Of a stretch of 64,000 nt of DNA, positions 29,522 to 38,385 are shown piece after piece (positions within the stretch are counted from its first letter, which is position 1; every line of letters starts with the position of its first letter). The notes under the pieces are model-generated. The model worked only from the letters and a program-made list of their open reading frames with translations. It was not told the DNA's origin and ran no database searches. The position numbers and the translations under genes were made by a program. This DNA is from Armatimonadota bacterium (lineage in GTDB: Bacteria > Armatimonadota > SYMT01): contig JAWLHY010000012.1 of assembly GCA_041690135.1 (NCBI GenBank), positions 160,001 through 224,000 of the forward strand, read 5' to 3'.

Positions 29522-31600
29522 ATGCCCGTCGATGCCGGCACCGGCGAGGGGCACGGGGATCCCGGTGCCGGCCATGCGCCGCAGGGGATGGAACCGCCTG
29601 GGGACGGCCTCCCGCAGACCGCGCGGACCGCAGTGGCGGAACCCCCCTCCGGCCCGGGCAAGACGGGGAACGGTAAAGCGATTCAAGACCCCACACACTC
29701 GCCTGGAAACGGGACCTCCGACCCGCGTGCGGACTACTCCCCTACCCCATCCCGGAGATCGGCGGTGGATGACGGCGCCGGCTCCCGGAAGATGGACGCG
29801 ACAGGGGTCGGCGGCCAACCTGGACGCGACGGGAGCGCCAGTAAAGGCACCAGTCCGGGCAATCGCACGAAGCCGTACGGCCGGAGTGGCTCCACCAGCT
29901 ATTGGGGGACACCGCCCCCCGGAGGCGCACCGACGGGAGGGCCGCCGCCCAATGTCGGAGATGCTCCGCCGGGAGGGCCGCCACCCGGCACTCCCGGACA
30001 ACCGAATCCGAAATCTACCACCGCCCCCGCGCAACAGCCGGGGGCGGTCGGCGTTTCTGGGCCGATACGGGGTGAGGTACCGACGCCGCAAGGCCACAAC
30101 AGGCCGGCTCCGGTAGAGGCAACCGGGGGACCGGCAGGAGCGAAGCCCGGGCAGTCACCGAACTCCCAGCGCAAGAGCGGACCGGGAATGGTCCGGTCCG
30201 CCGAGGCCTTGCGGCGAGAGGTGGATGCCGATCTGCGGGAGGTGCGGAAGCGGCTGGAGAGCGGAGGACGCACCGCGCGGGGATCTGGGCGCTTCACCCG
30301 CACGGGGGATGTGCAGCGCCTGGAGGAGCTTCGCCAGGAGTGGCGGGACCTGGAGCGCGGCTGGGGCGGGCAGTACCGGATCGGTGAGCCGGTGGTCGGC
30401 ACCCGATGGGACGGTCGGACCGAAGCGCTGATCTACGATGGGATGGCGAGCCCCACGCACGCCTTCGTGAGGGACGCAGAGACGGGGCTGCGGCGGCCGG
30501 GCACAGTACCGGTGGGAAGCCTTCAGAATACCCGCTGGGCTGGAACGGAGTCGGACGTGACCACGGTGCCAATTGGCTCTGGCACTCCGCATCTGGGCAA
30601 AACGCATCCAATGAAGGAAAGCGGCTTGGTCGTGCACCGCGGTTCTACTACTCAGGTCGCGGCTACAGACGCCCATATGTTGCAGGATGTGGATGGTTCA
30701 ACACCCCAACGCTCGTCGCAGCAAAGTAAGAGTACGACAAGTGGATTTGCAGCATCATCCTCTCCCGTCGGGCCAAATCCTTCCCATTCACGCGGTGGGA
30801 GAGGGGGTGATCCGCCGCAGGGAGGTGACAAAGCAACCACTTCGGGCGGTGACGACCACAACCCTCCTTCTAACCCCGACTGGATTCACAAGACGGTTGA
30901 GTGGAGGAGAGAGGAGTTCGAGGAGTATGCTAGAACGAGAGGTTACACTCTAGATGAATACGTTAACGAGGCAGATCGCCACCTTACTGGATTACTGGAT
31001 CACATGAGCTTTTTCTTGCAGGTTGGAGGTGATGAGCTACTCTCCGCACTCACTGAGGGTCGATTCAAGAACCAATTTGCCACTGGTACATCCCGCGGCA
31101 TCCTTTCTGCAGAAGTTCGCCGGCAGACCGAACGAGCACTATGGGGCATACCAGACCAAGCCGGGTGGGAGGAGCGCCCCATCTATGGCTTCTTGCATTC
31201 GCATCCCGATGCGATGCACCCGGATGCCCCCCAGGCACTAAGGCAGTATGGTGGTGTTACTGTGAAACTGAGTGACGCTATGCGGCCTCGAAGCACATTT
31301 ACAGGAGGTGACTCTCTAGATCGCACACGATGGGGCGACTTTCCAAACCTTGCACCCGCATCTGTTCTCCATCCGAATATACTGGCAATATCGGAACATA
31401 TGGGCGATGTGCTCGAAATCACGAATGCAGATGCGCTAGTTCGTAGTGCTGAGAGTAATGTGTCTTATATAGAAGCGCAGTACTTCGGACCGGTAACCGT
31501 AAAGGAGATCGTCGAGGTCATATTTGATGCTGAGGCTCTGACACCACCTATCAAAAGGCTATTGGATAGTCACACAATCCCGTACCGGATCAGACAATAA
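29522..31600 (+). CDS. Orphan module C: linker + shared domain + DUF3626-like tip, lacking the N-terminal delivery region
   Basis: First ~1 kb duplicates 25220-26250; tip has GRFKNQFATGTSRG, RPIYGFL, QYG, RSTFTGGDS and YIEAQ motifs. Confidence 0.7.
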   Translation: MPVDAGTGEGHGDPGAGHAPQGMEPPGDGLPQTARTAVAEPPSGPGKTGNGKAIQDPTHSPGNGTSDPRADYSPTPSRRSAVDDGAGSRKMDATGVGGQPGRDGSASKGTSPGNRTKPYGRSGSTSYWGTPPPGGAPTGGPPPNVGDAPPGGPPPGTPGQPNPKSTTAPAQQPGAVGVSGPIRGEVPTPQGHNRPAPVEATGGPAGAKPGQSPNSQRKSGPGMVRSAEALRREVDADLREVRKRLESGGRTARGSGRFTRTGDVQRLEELRQEWRDLERGWGGQYRIGEPVVGTRWDGRTEALIYDGMASPTHAFVRDAETGLRRPGTVPVGSLQNTRWAGTESDVTTVPIGSGTPHLGKTHPMKESGLVVHRGSTTQVAATDAHMLQDVDGSTPQRSSQQSKSTTSGFAASSSPVGPNPSHSRGGRGGDPPQGGDKATTSGGDDHNPPSNPDWIHKTVEWRREEFEEYARTRGYTLDEYVNEADRHLTGLLDHMSFFLQVGGDELLSALTEGRFKNQFATGTSRGILSAEVRRQTERALWGIPDQAGWEERPIYGFLHSHPDAMHPDAPQALRQYGGVTVKLSDAMRPRSTFTGGDSLDRTRWGDFPNLAPASVLHPNILAISEHMGDVLEITNADALVRSAESNVSYIEAQYFGPVTVKEIVEVIFDAEALTPPIKRLLDSHTIPYRIRQ

Positions 31601-31625
31601 CTTGAGTTTTGATGGAGACTAAACG

Positions 31626-31916
31626 ATGCTAAAGGCAGTGGCTCGACGGGGAGACGGGTGGCTCGTATTACTCCAGAGTAGCGATCTTGACCAAGCCCTT
31701 CAACAGAAGAGGCCGGTTGGGCGCGTGCTCGACCCGTTTCAGGGAACTCTTTATCCACCCAACAACCTGTTCAGTATTCTTACACGAGGGAACTGGGAGA
31801 GAGTGGAACTGTCTCCCGACGAGTTGGAGGGAGTCCTGGCGAAGATCAACACAGTCCACGGAGTTGCTCTGGATGATGTATGGGAGATCGTTGCAGACGA
31901 ACCAAGGAAGCGTTGA
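31626..31916 (+). CDS. Putative immunity protein for tip C
   Basis: Small ORF with RBS immediately after the tip. Confidence 0.6.
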   Translation: MLKAVARRGDGWLVLLQSSDLDQALQQKRPVGRVLDPFQGTLYPPNNLFSILTRGNWERVELSPDELEGVLAKINTVHGVALDDVWEIVADEPRKR

Positions 31917-31989
31917 TATCTCGATGGATCGGACAGTAAGCGGCGTTTAGTCCAGGTAAGCAGTATTTGAAAGCCAGAGGCGTCAGATT

Positions 31990-33030
31990 ACTAACCCCGC
32001 CCCCGCACAGAAGCCGGGGGCGGTCGGCGTTTCTGGGCTTGGCCCGGGGGCGGTGGGAGAAACTCCGGGGCTCGGGCCGCAGCAGGGGAAGCCGCAACGG
32101 GTCCCCGCACCCCAGGGGATTCCAGCAACGGTACCTACGCGCGGCGCGTCGGTCGCGCAGCCGGAGCTTCCGGGGCCACCGCTTTCCCGGCAGTTGCCGC
32201 TGGGGCAGAAGGTGCGGCACATCACGGGCCTGCGGGAAGCGGCGGACTGGCTGCCGTGGTTCCTCGCTGGCGGGGGCAACTGCCGCGCCAGGAGGGACGT
32301 GGCGCCGGAGAAGGGAGGTGGTTGTTCGAATGGGGATTGATAGCAGACGATCGAGGAACGGAGTGCCAGGCCTTTGCTGCTGACTTTCGGGTGGTGACGG
32401 ATAGGGTTCGTTTGCCTCTCGGGCTCACCTACGCCGGGGGCAGCGGAGCCCCACGCGGCACGACGGGTGTAAGCCCAAGGGCCGGCGGGGACGGAGATCC
32501 CGCCACCCCCGCGGGGCGTAAACCTACTTCTTCAGGTGCGAGGACAGAGCTCATGCCGTTCACCAAGAGCCACTTCTGCCGTGGCGCAGAGGGGGCGTTG
32601 ACCGCCGGATCCTGTGCGGCAAGTGAACCACCCGTTTCGAACCCGAAGGATGAGGGCGAAGAGAGGCCGAAAAACTGAAGCAACTGAAGGCGCGGATCGA
32701 GAAGATCGTGCGAGCCGCGGTGGCGGCAGGAGCACTACCTCTCGAAGGGCTGGAAACCTGGTGGCAGAGACACGACTCGCCGGTTCATTCTCGAAGAGGT
32801 ATCCAGTGAGGTTGGCTGTCGATCGTAGAACGAGTGCGACGGCTTGCTTCGGTGTTGAGGTGGCAGATGGAGAATGACTCACCCTCCTGCTGGACGCTCC
32901 TTGATGCGGGCAGACCCTCGGATGGGGATAGTTCGCAGGCGGTGGAGACGGTCATCACAGAGGTGAGCGGATTGCGGAGGGCCTTCATTGGGAGGAGCGA
33001 CCGTAGGGCCTGCCATGGACCTCGAAAGCC
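31990..33030 (+). pseudogene. Decayed orphan cassette starting at a hairpin
   Basis: 31997-32277 duplicates 27608-27885 (LP.GQKVRHITGLREAADWLPWFLAGGG), then frameshifts and stops. Confidence 0.6.
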
Positions 33031-33050
33031 CGGACCGCAGGAGCAAGAAG

Positions 33051-33329
33051 ATGGATCCTATGCAGCAAGACGTATTCCGCCTTTCCGGATTAGAGGAACA
33101 CTGCCTGGCCACGTCTCTCGAAATGGCGCTTGCCATGCTGGATGCACACCGATCTGCAGCCCTGCAGGACGAAGGCCTGGGGCGGATGTCGCCGGAAGAG
33201 ATTGCGAGAATGGATGCGGAACTGGAGCGGATCGATCGCCTGGTGCGGGAGAAAGTGGCCGCCGGGGAGTTGCCGCTGGAGGGGGCGGGCACCTGGGAGC
33301 AGTACTGGGGGTGCGAACTGTCGCAGTGA
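33051..33329 (+). CDS. Small acidic hypothetical protein (orphan immunity-like)
   Basis: RBS AGGAG; has a paralogous start-less fragment at 32654-32809. Confidence 0.55.
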   Translation: MDPMQQDVFRLSGLEEHCLATSLEMALAMLDAHRSAALQDEGLGRMSPEEIARMDAELERIDRLVREKVAAGELPLEGAGTWEQYWGCELSQ

Positions 33330-33481
33330 GCGGAGGAACTGCTGCGAGGTGTCGCTGACTGTTGAAGCCGCAGGCAGTGACGTCTTTCAGCCCTGGTGAA
33401 GGAAGGCGAGGAGAGCACCGAGTTATCCCGGCCTACCGGATGATGCTGGCTGGCGCAAGCAGCGCAGGCGAGGGTTACGAA

Positions 33482-33691
33482 ATGGACCCACTCAGTGAGT
33501 ATGCCGAACTTATTAAGAGGAAGCAGAAATTCTTGCGTGTGTCAGAAGCCAAGGCAAGGTTTATTGTGGCGCTGGAACTTGGCCTGATCGATGGTGACAT
33601 CCGTGAGGAGCGCAGTGCCGACAAAGTTGAGGATGATGAAGCTCACCAGAAACCATGGCCATCCGGAGAACCGCCAGGAGGCGGTAGGTGA
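33482..33691 (+). CDS. Small hypothetical protein (orphan immunity-like)
   Basis: First gene of an overlapping chain of short ORFs. Confidence 0.5.
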   Translation: MDPLSEYAELIKRKQKFLRVSEAKARFIVALELGLIDGDIREERSADKVEDDEAHQKPWPSGEPPGGGR

Positions 33692-33933
33692 CAGCTTCTG
33701 CGTTCATGGATGAAATCGAACGGCTGATACAAGCAGGTGACACCGCTGGAATAGTGGCACTGGAGAAGGAGTATTTTCAACGCTTGAAGTACGAGCTGTC
33801 CCCTGAGGATCGGACGCAGTTGAGCGGTGCCATCTTGCCCTGGGCCACCATGGTCGAGAAGGGAGTGGAGCATCAACGTCGCATAGTTGTTGCGGACGAG
33901 ACTGAGGCAGCGGCTTGGGGAGGTGACCAGTGA
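33688..33933 (+). CDS. Small hypothetical protein (orphan immunity-like)
   Basis: GTGA overlaps with neighbours on both sides. Confidence 0.55.
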   Translation: MTASAFMDEIERLIQAGDTAGIVALEKEYFQRLKYELSPEDRTQLSGAILPWATMVEKGVEHQRRIVVADETEAAAWGGDQ

Positions 33934-34286
33934 AACTAACTGTCGACCACATGGCGGACGACTGGGAAAGGCACACGGGACAGGTGGTAACGCTGAAAGG
34001 AATTCTCGTCAGCCTGGGTGCGGAATGCTGGCTGGCTCCGGTCTCCGGCCCCTATTCTCCCGGTCCGCGCTGCGTCTTGTTGGATCAAGATGGTCTGTTC
34101 GAGGATCTTCTTGACGTGGCGCCGCGAATCGTGGGGACCTCTTACCAGTACGCGCACACAGCCGCCGTAACCGGGCAACTCGAAGTCGCGAATGGAAAGC
34201 CGTGGCCATTTCGGCTCACTGTGTTGGAGCGCGTGCGTCTGGAAGAGGATCGCGACCGGTACGGAATTCTCTACCGATACCGATAG
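33930..34286 (+). CDS. Hypothetical protein, possibly OB-fold-like
   Basis: GGAGG RBS, coupled start; GQVVTLKG...VTGQL. Confidence 0.55.
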   Translation: MKLTVDHMADDWERHTGQVVTLKGILVSLGAECWLAPVSGPYSPGPRCVLLDQDGLFEDLLDVAPRIVGTSYQYAHTAAVTGQLEVANGKPWPFRLTVLERVRLEEDRDRYGILYRYR

Positions 34287-34312
34287 GTCGAACGATGGGA
34301 GTGGATCCCGGA

Positions 34313-34840
34313 ATGGATCATCGAGCTTTCGTTTTTGACTACAGCCGGTTTGCCCGGGAGTTGAAGCCGGTGCTGGAAAGGGCGCTGGAGACGGATGACC
34401 CCGCGGAGATCGTCCGCTTCATCGTCGCTCATCGCACGAAACTGCGTGACCCGGACGAGGGCGAACCTCTCCCGGAGGACTGGGAAAGCCGGCTCGAGGT
34501 GGGTGACATCCATGAGTATGGAGACCTGGCGCTCACCCGGTACTATGACCCGCGGGAAGATCTCGGCATGGGGAACGGCTGGGATCTGGTTCAAGACCTG
34601 ATCCACGCCGATCCGTCCCTATCGGTATCGCCGATCCTTGGCGTTCCGGTGGGTACGTGGGAACACCCCTTCGACCCGGGGCGCCTCGGGTCTTACTTCC
34701 AGAGCCCGGAAATGGTCCAGGCGCACCTCGCCTACCTTTCACGACGGTCCTCGTCGGCCGCGGTTGCCGGTCTGGACCAGGCTACCGAGATGCTCAGGGC
34801 AGCCGCCCAGCGGGACCAGGGGTTGTACGTGACCTTTTGA
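34313..34840 (+). CDS. Hypothetical protein (immunity-like)
   Basis: Clean ORF, MDHRAFVFDY...FDPGRLGSYF...GLYVTF. Confidence 0.65.
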   Translation: MDHRAFVFDYSRFARELKPVLERALETDDPAEIVRFIVAHRTKLRDPDEGEPLPEDWESRLEVGDIHEYGDLALTRYYDPREDLGMGNGWDLVQDLIHADPSLSVSPILGVPVGTWEHPFDPGRLGSYFQSPEMVQAHLAYLSRRSSSAAVAGLDQATEMLRAAAQRDQGLYVTF

Positions 34841-34862
34841 GCCCGGAGGGAGTGCTTGACGG

Positions 34863-35045
34863 GAAGCGGGTTGGGCAGAAATTGCCCAGAGTGGCGCTTC
34901 CGGATGGCTAATTCCGCGCGGTTCGGACTATCTACCCTATGGGAGAACCGCATCATTCCCTGATTCACGGCAGGGTAAGGGCTTTGTACCGCTGGTGAGC
35001 TGGAACGCTCGCCGGACCGTGATCCCCCAGAGCGGTGGTTTCTTC
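34863..35045 (+). promoter_or_regulatory. Leader element copy 3, preceding the head-gene block
   Basis: Colinear with 9270-9445. Confidence 0.8.
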
Positions 35046-35081
35046 GTCTCCGGGAGAGACGAGAAGCGAGGAGGAAGGCCG

Positions 35082-35303
35082 ATGAGAGACACCCTGCCCC
35101 TGGAGGAGTTGCTGCAGGACGAGGGCTGGCGCCTGGCCCGGCGGGAGCTGGAGCGGAAAGCCCGGGTGAAGGCGGAGCGAATCGCCACGCACCGGTACGC
35201 GGATCTGCTGGAGCTGCGCGAGGACCAGGCAGAGCTGCGGGTGCTGCGGCAGTTCCTGCGGAGCGACCGGGAGGTGGTGGAGTGGCTGGCGCCGCGGGAC
35301 TAA
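35082..35303 (+). CDS. Small hypothetical phage protein of the type usually found between portal and scaffold
   Basis: GAGGAGG RBS; LLQDEGWRL....LE...Q..L..L pattern. Confidence 0.6.
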   Translation: MRDTLPLEELLQDEGWRLARRELERKARVKAERIATHRYADLLELREDQAELRVLRQFLRSDREVVEWLAPRD

Positions 35304-35538
35304 GCCGAATCTCACCACGGAGCCACGGAGACACGGAGAAGATCACGGAGAGCGGATGAGCAATCCTCGGCGTCCAGTGCGATGAATGAGAGCTGTGATT
35401 AGCCAGCATATTCGCAACAGAAGCCAGGCGAGGAGAGCTGAGGGTCGAACAGAAGCCTAAAGGGCAGTCTCATTGGAGATTGCGCCCTAACGGGGTGTGT
35501 GCTCATTGATTTGCAGACAACTGAAGAGTGGATCTTGA

Positions 35539-35638
35539 GGCCGTCTGTAGGGGACGGCCTTTTGTGTTGCTGGGCCGTCCGTAGGGGACGGCCTTTTGTG
35601 TTGCTGGGCCGTCTGTAGGGGACGGCCTTTTGTGTTGC
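35539..35638 (+). terminator. Three tandem 34-bp copies of a terminator hairpin
   Basis: (ggccgtcYgtaggggacggccttttgtgttgctg)x3, with no spacers between copies. Confidence 0.85.
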
Positions 35639-35681
35639 GGGGCCGGACGAGCGATGGGCACCCGGCCCGGGAGGAGACTCA

Positions 35682-36626
35682 ATGTTCGAAGACACAGAGC
35701 GAGAAGACTGGGACCCGATGGCGCTGGAGGGCGAACTGGAGCTGGAAGCGTTGGAGGATCCGGAAGACCCGGACGATCCCGAAGACGCGATCGAGATGGA
35801 CGAGGAGGAGGAAGAGCTTCCCGAAGAGCTCCAGGAGCGCCTGGCGGCGGAGCGGGAGCGCCTCCGCAATGAGTACGAGGCGGAGTTCAGCCAGCACAAG
35901 GCCAACTACGGCCGGCGGTTCGGCACGGCGCTCCAGGAACTGCGCGGGCTGGGGTTCGACGTGGCGGAAGACGGCAAGGTGGTGGTACGGGACCCCCAGG
36001 CCGCCGCGCTGTTGAGCCAGCTGCAGTCCGCGCCGGAAGAACTGCCGGTTGAGGACGAGGAGCCGCCGGATCCGGCTTACGACCCGCGAGGCTACGCCGA
36101 TTGGCAGATGCGGCAGGTCCACCGGGAAACCGCGGCGATGGTGGGACCCCTCCGGCAGGAGCTGGAGCGGCTCCGCGGGCATACCCGTCAGCAAGCCCTC
36201 CCGGTGGCGGAAGCCGACGCCCGGGAGTACCTGGCCGAGATGGGGTTCGCGGGGATCACGGACCATCCCGAGTTCAGCCAGGTCTTCGAACAGGCTTTGC
36301 AGTCTCTTCCGGTGGAGCAATGGAACAACCCGCTGGCGGTGCGCACCGCGGCCTTCACGCTCATTCCGACGCTGCAGGCGGCCAGTGGCGGAGGTCGGAG
36401 CGCGCGCCGGACGCCCCGGCAGATGACGGCGGACGCGTACCGCGCCAGCCTGGGGCAGGTGGGCCCCGGTCGCGGCGGGGTGCGGGCGGCCTCGCAGGGT
36501 TATCCGGCGGACGTGCTGGAGGCGGCCCGGGCGAGCGGGATGACGCCGGACGAGTACATGGCCTACAGCGATCCGGACACGGCACGGCAGTTCGTGGAGC
36601 GGAAGCGGAAGCGAGGAGGGCGCTAA
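35682..36626 (+). CDS. Putative capsid scaffolding protein
   Basis: Highly acidic N-terminus, coiled coil, C-terminal A...GMTPDEY; upstream of the capsid gene. Confidence 0.7.
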   Translation: MFEDTEREDWDPMALEGELELEALEDPEDPDDPEDAIEMDEEEEELPEELQERLAAERERLRNEYEAEFSQHKANYGRRFGTALQELRGLGFDVAEDGKVVVRDPQAAALLSQLQSAPEELPVEDEEPPDPAYDPRGYADWQMRQVHRETAAMVGPLRQELERLRGHTRQQALPVAEADAREYLAEMGFAGITDHPEFSQVFEQALQSLPVEQWNNPLAVRTAAFTLIPTLQAASGGGRSARRTPRQMTADAYRASLGQVGPGRGGVRAASQGYPADVLEAARASGMTPDEYMAYSDPDTARQFVERKRKRGGR

Positions 36627-36629
36627 ACG

Positions 36630-37520
36630 ATGACCAGACCGGTAACTACGAATGGAGAAGGGGTGACGACCCAGCGGGCGAAGGGGACGCAGCGAGCGCT
36701 CGCACCCCTCCGGGATACCCGGCGCCCGGACGCGGGGGCGCCGCGAGAGAGTGACGGAGCGGACATGAAAGGGGGTGAGGGGGTGACCGAGCAGGCAAAG
36801 GTGACAGACAACCAGGCGGGAAGCGAAGGGAAGAACGGCGGGGAAACGGCGCCGTCCCCCCGCACCGGCGAGTATGTGCAGGCGCCGGTGGACACGCTGG
36901 AGGCGCACCAGCGGCTGGCGGAGCGGGTGATGGAGCAGTTCGAGGCCGGCGCGTTCAACCGGCCGGAGGCGCCGGTGGAAGCGGCGCGCGAGCAGCGGCA
37001 GGTGCAAAGCGAGGTGGACCGCACCGAGCGCGAGCTGCTGAAGCAAGAAGCGTTGAACCAGCGGAAGCAGCGCGAGGAGTTCATGCGGGCCGCCCGGGAG
37101 CGCCGGATGCCGCGGGCGGTGACCGCCTCCCCGTTTGACGCGATGCCCGATCCCACGCTGATCCTGGACGAAGACGGCCAGCCCGCGGGGACGCCCGGCC
37201 ATCACAAGAAGCACGTGCGGATGGTCGACGACGTGCTGCGCGAGAGCAGCGGCCGGGTGGGCCAGATGGCGGTGTGGGGCTATAAGCCGGTGAAGAGCCG
37301 GGTGACCGGGAAGCCGATCGCCACCCAGTTCGGGCTGCTGATGGAGTGCGCGCCCGAGGCGGAGGGCCAGCGTCGCGCCTTCCACGGGCGCCGGGTGGTC
37401 TCCGAGCAGCTCGCCAACGAGAAGCGGCTGGATGCGGCGATCGAGAGCGTGAACCGGGAGTTCGGTGGGGAAGCGATCCGGCCGTTCCGCGACCGGGACC
37501 ATACGGCCGGGCGGAAGTAG
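36630..37520 (+). CDS. Hypothetical head-region protein (start uncertain, possibly 36765 or 36783)
   Basis: Long ORF between the scaffold and capsid genes. Confidence 0.6.
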   Translation: MTRPVTTNGEGVTTQRAKGTQRALAPLRDTRRPDAGAPRESDGADMKGGEGVTEQAKVTDNQAGSEGKNGGETAPSPRTGEYVQAPVDTLEAHQRLAERVMEQFEAGAFNRPEAPVEAAREQRQVQSEVDRTERELLKQEALNQRKQREEFMRAARERRMPRAVTASPFDAMPDPTLILDEDGQPAGTPGHHKKHVRMVDDVLRESSGRVGQMAVWGYKPVKSRVTGKPIATQFGLLMECAPEAEGQRRAFHGRRVVSEQLANEKRLDAAIESVNREFGGEAIRPFRDRDHTAGRK

Positions 37521-37776
37521 GAGAGCTTCGCCGATTAAGATGAGGATTACGATTAGGATAAGGAGGTGAGAGGAGGCTTCGGGTGGAGGGTGGAGGGTGG
37601 AGGGTGGAGGGTGGGGAGGCTTCGCCGATTAGGATGAGGATTACGATTAGGATAACGAGGTGCGAGGCTGAGAGGAGGTTCTGGTGGGAGGTGGGAGGTG
37701 GGAGGTGAGGGGTGAGAGGTGAATGGCAGTACGCTCCTGGGAGGGGGCGATTTTCGTTTTGTGGGAGTGAAGAACA

Positions 37777-38295
37777 ATGGCAACGATAGATCGTGTCCAG
37801 GCCGTGTTCAAGTGCGGGCCTGGCGGCGGAACGGTAATAATGCGGGGTGGTCCGGGAGAGGCCGCGAGCGCCTACGAGGACGCCTCGCAGAGTTGGAAGG
37901 CAGGGGCCTGGCTCCTGCGGGATAGCGACGGCGAGATTGAAGAACTCGCCGTCAATGATACGGCCACGGATCCCACCAAAATCCTCGGACAGGCGGTGGA
38001 GGACGCAACGGGGACGGCCGGAGAGCCGGTGCTCTACCGGCCGCTACGGCCAGGCTCCATTCTGATCTGCAACGTCTACCACGGCACCGTAGGCAGCGCT
38101 GTCACGGCGCGGAACCTGATGGATGATCCCCACTTCAATTTCACCTACGTCGCGCGCAAGCTCCACCTGGACATCGAAACCGGCGTGGATACCGGCAAAC
38201 CGATGGGGCGTATCATCCGCATCCTCGACACGCTGGGGGACACGTACGGACGGGTGGAGGTGGAGGTGATCGACACGATTGCGCTCCAGGGCTAA
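37777..38295 (+). CDS. Putative capsid decoration/minor head protein
   Basis: Beta-rich 172 aa (ILG.A.EDA) directly before the major capsid gene. Confidence 0.6.
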   Translation: MATIDRVQAVFKCGPGGGTVIMRGGPGEAASAYEDASQSWKAGAWLLRDSDGEIEELAVNDTATDPTKILGQAVEDATGTAGEPVLYRPLRPGSILICNVYHGTVGSAVTARNLMDDPHFNFTYVARKLHLDIETGVDTGKPMGRIIRILDTLGDTYGRVEVEVIDTIALQG

Positions 38296-38321
38296 TCCGC
38301 CCTGCAACTACGTTTCACGCG

Positions 38322-38356
38322 ACCGGCCGGAGAGTGATCTCCGGCCGGTTTTTCTT
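38322..38356 (+). terminator. Intrinsic terminator
   Basis: accggccggaga-GTGA-tctccggccggt followed by TTTT. Confidence 0.8.
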
Positions 38357-38385
38357 GGACGGATTCTTATGGAAAGGAATGAGCA

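Noticed and set aside
25220-32280. Diversity-generating retroelement TR/VR pairs
   Set aside because: No reverse transcriptase in the window, and the differences between repeats include indels and are not visibly adenine-specific.
35539-35638. Possible CRISPR array (palindromic 34-bp repeats)
   Set aside because: Units are directly adjacent with no spacers and no cas genes are present; each unit looks like a terminator.
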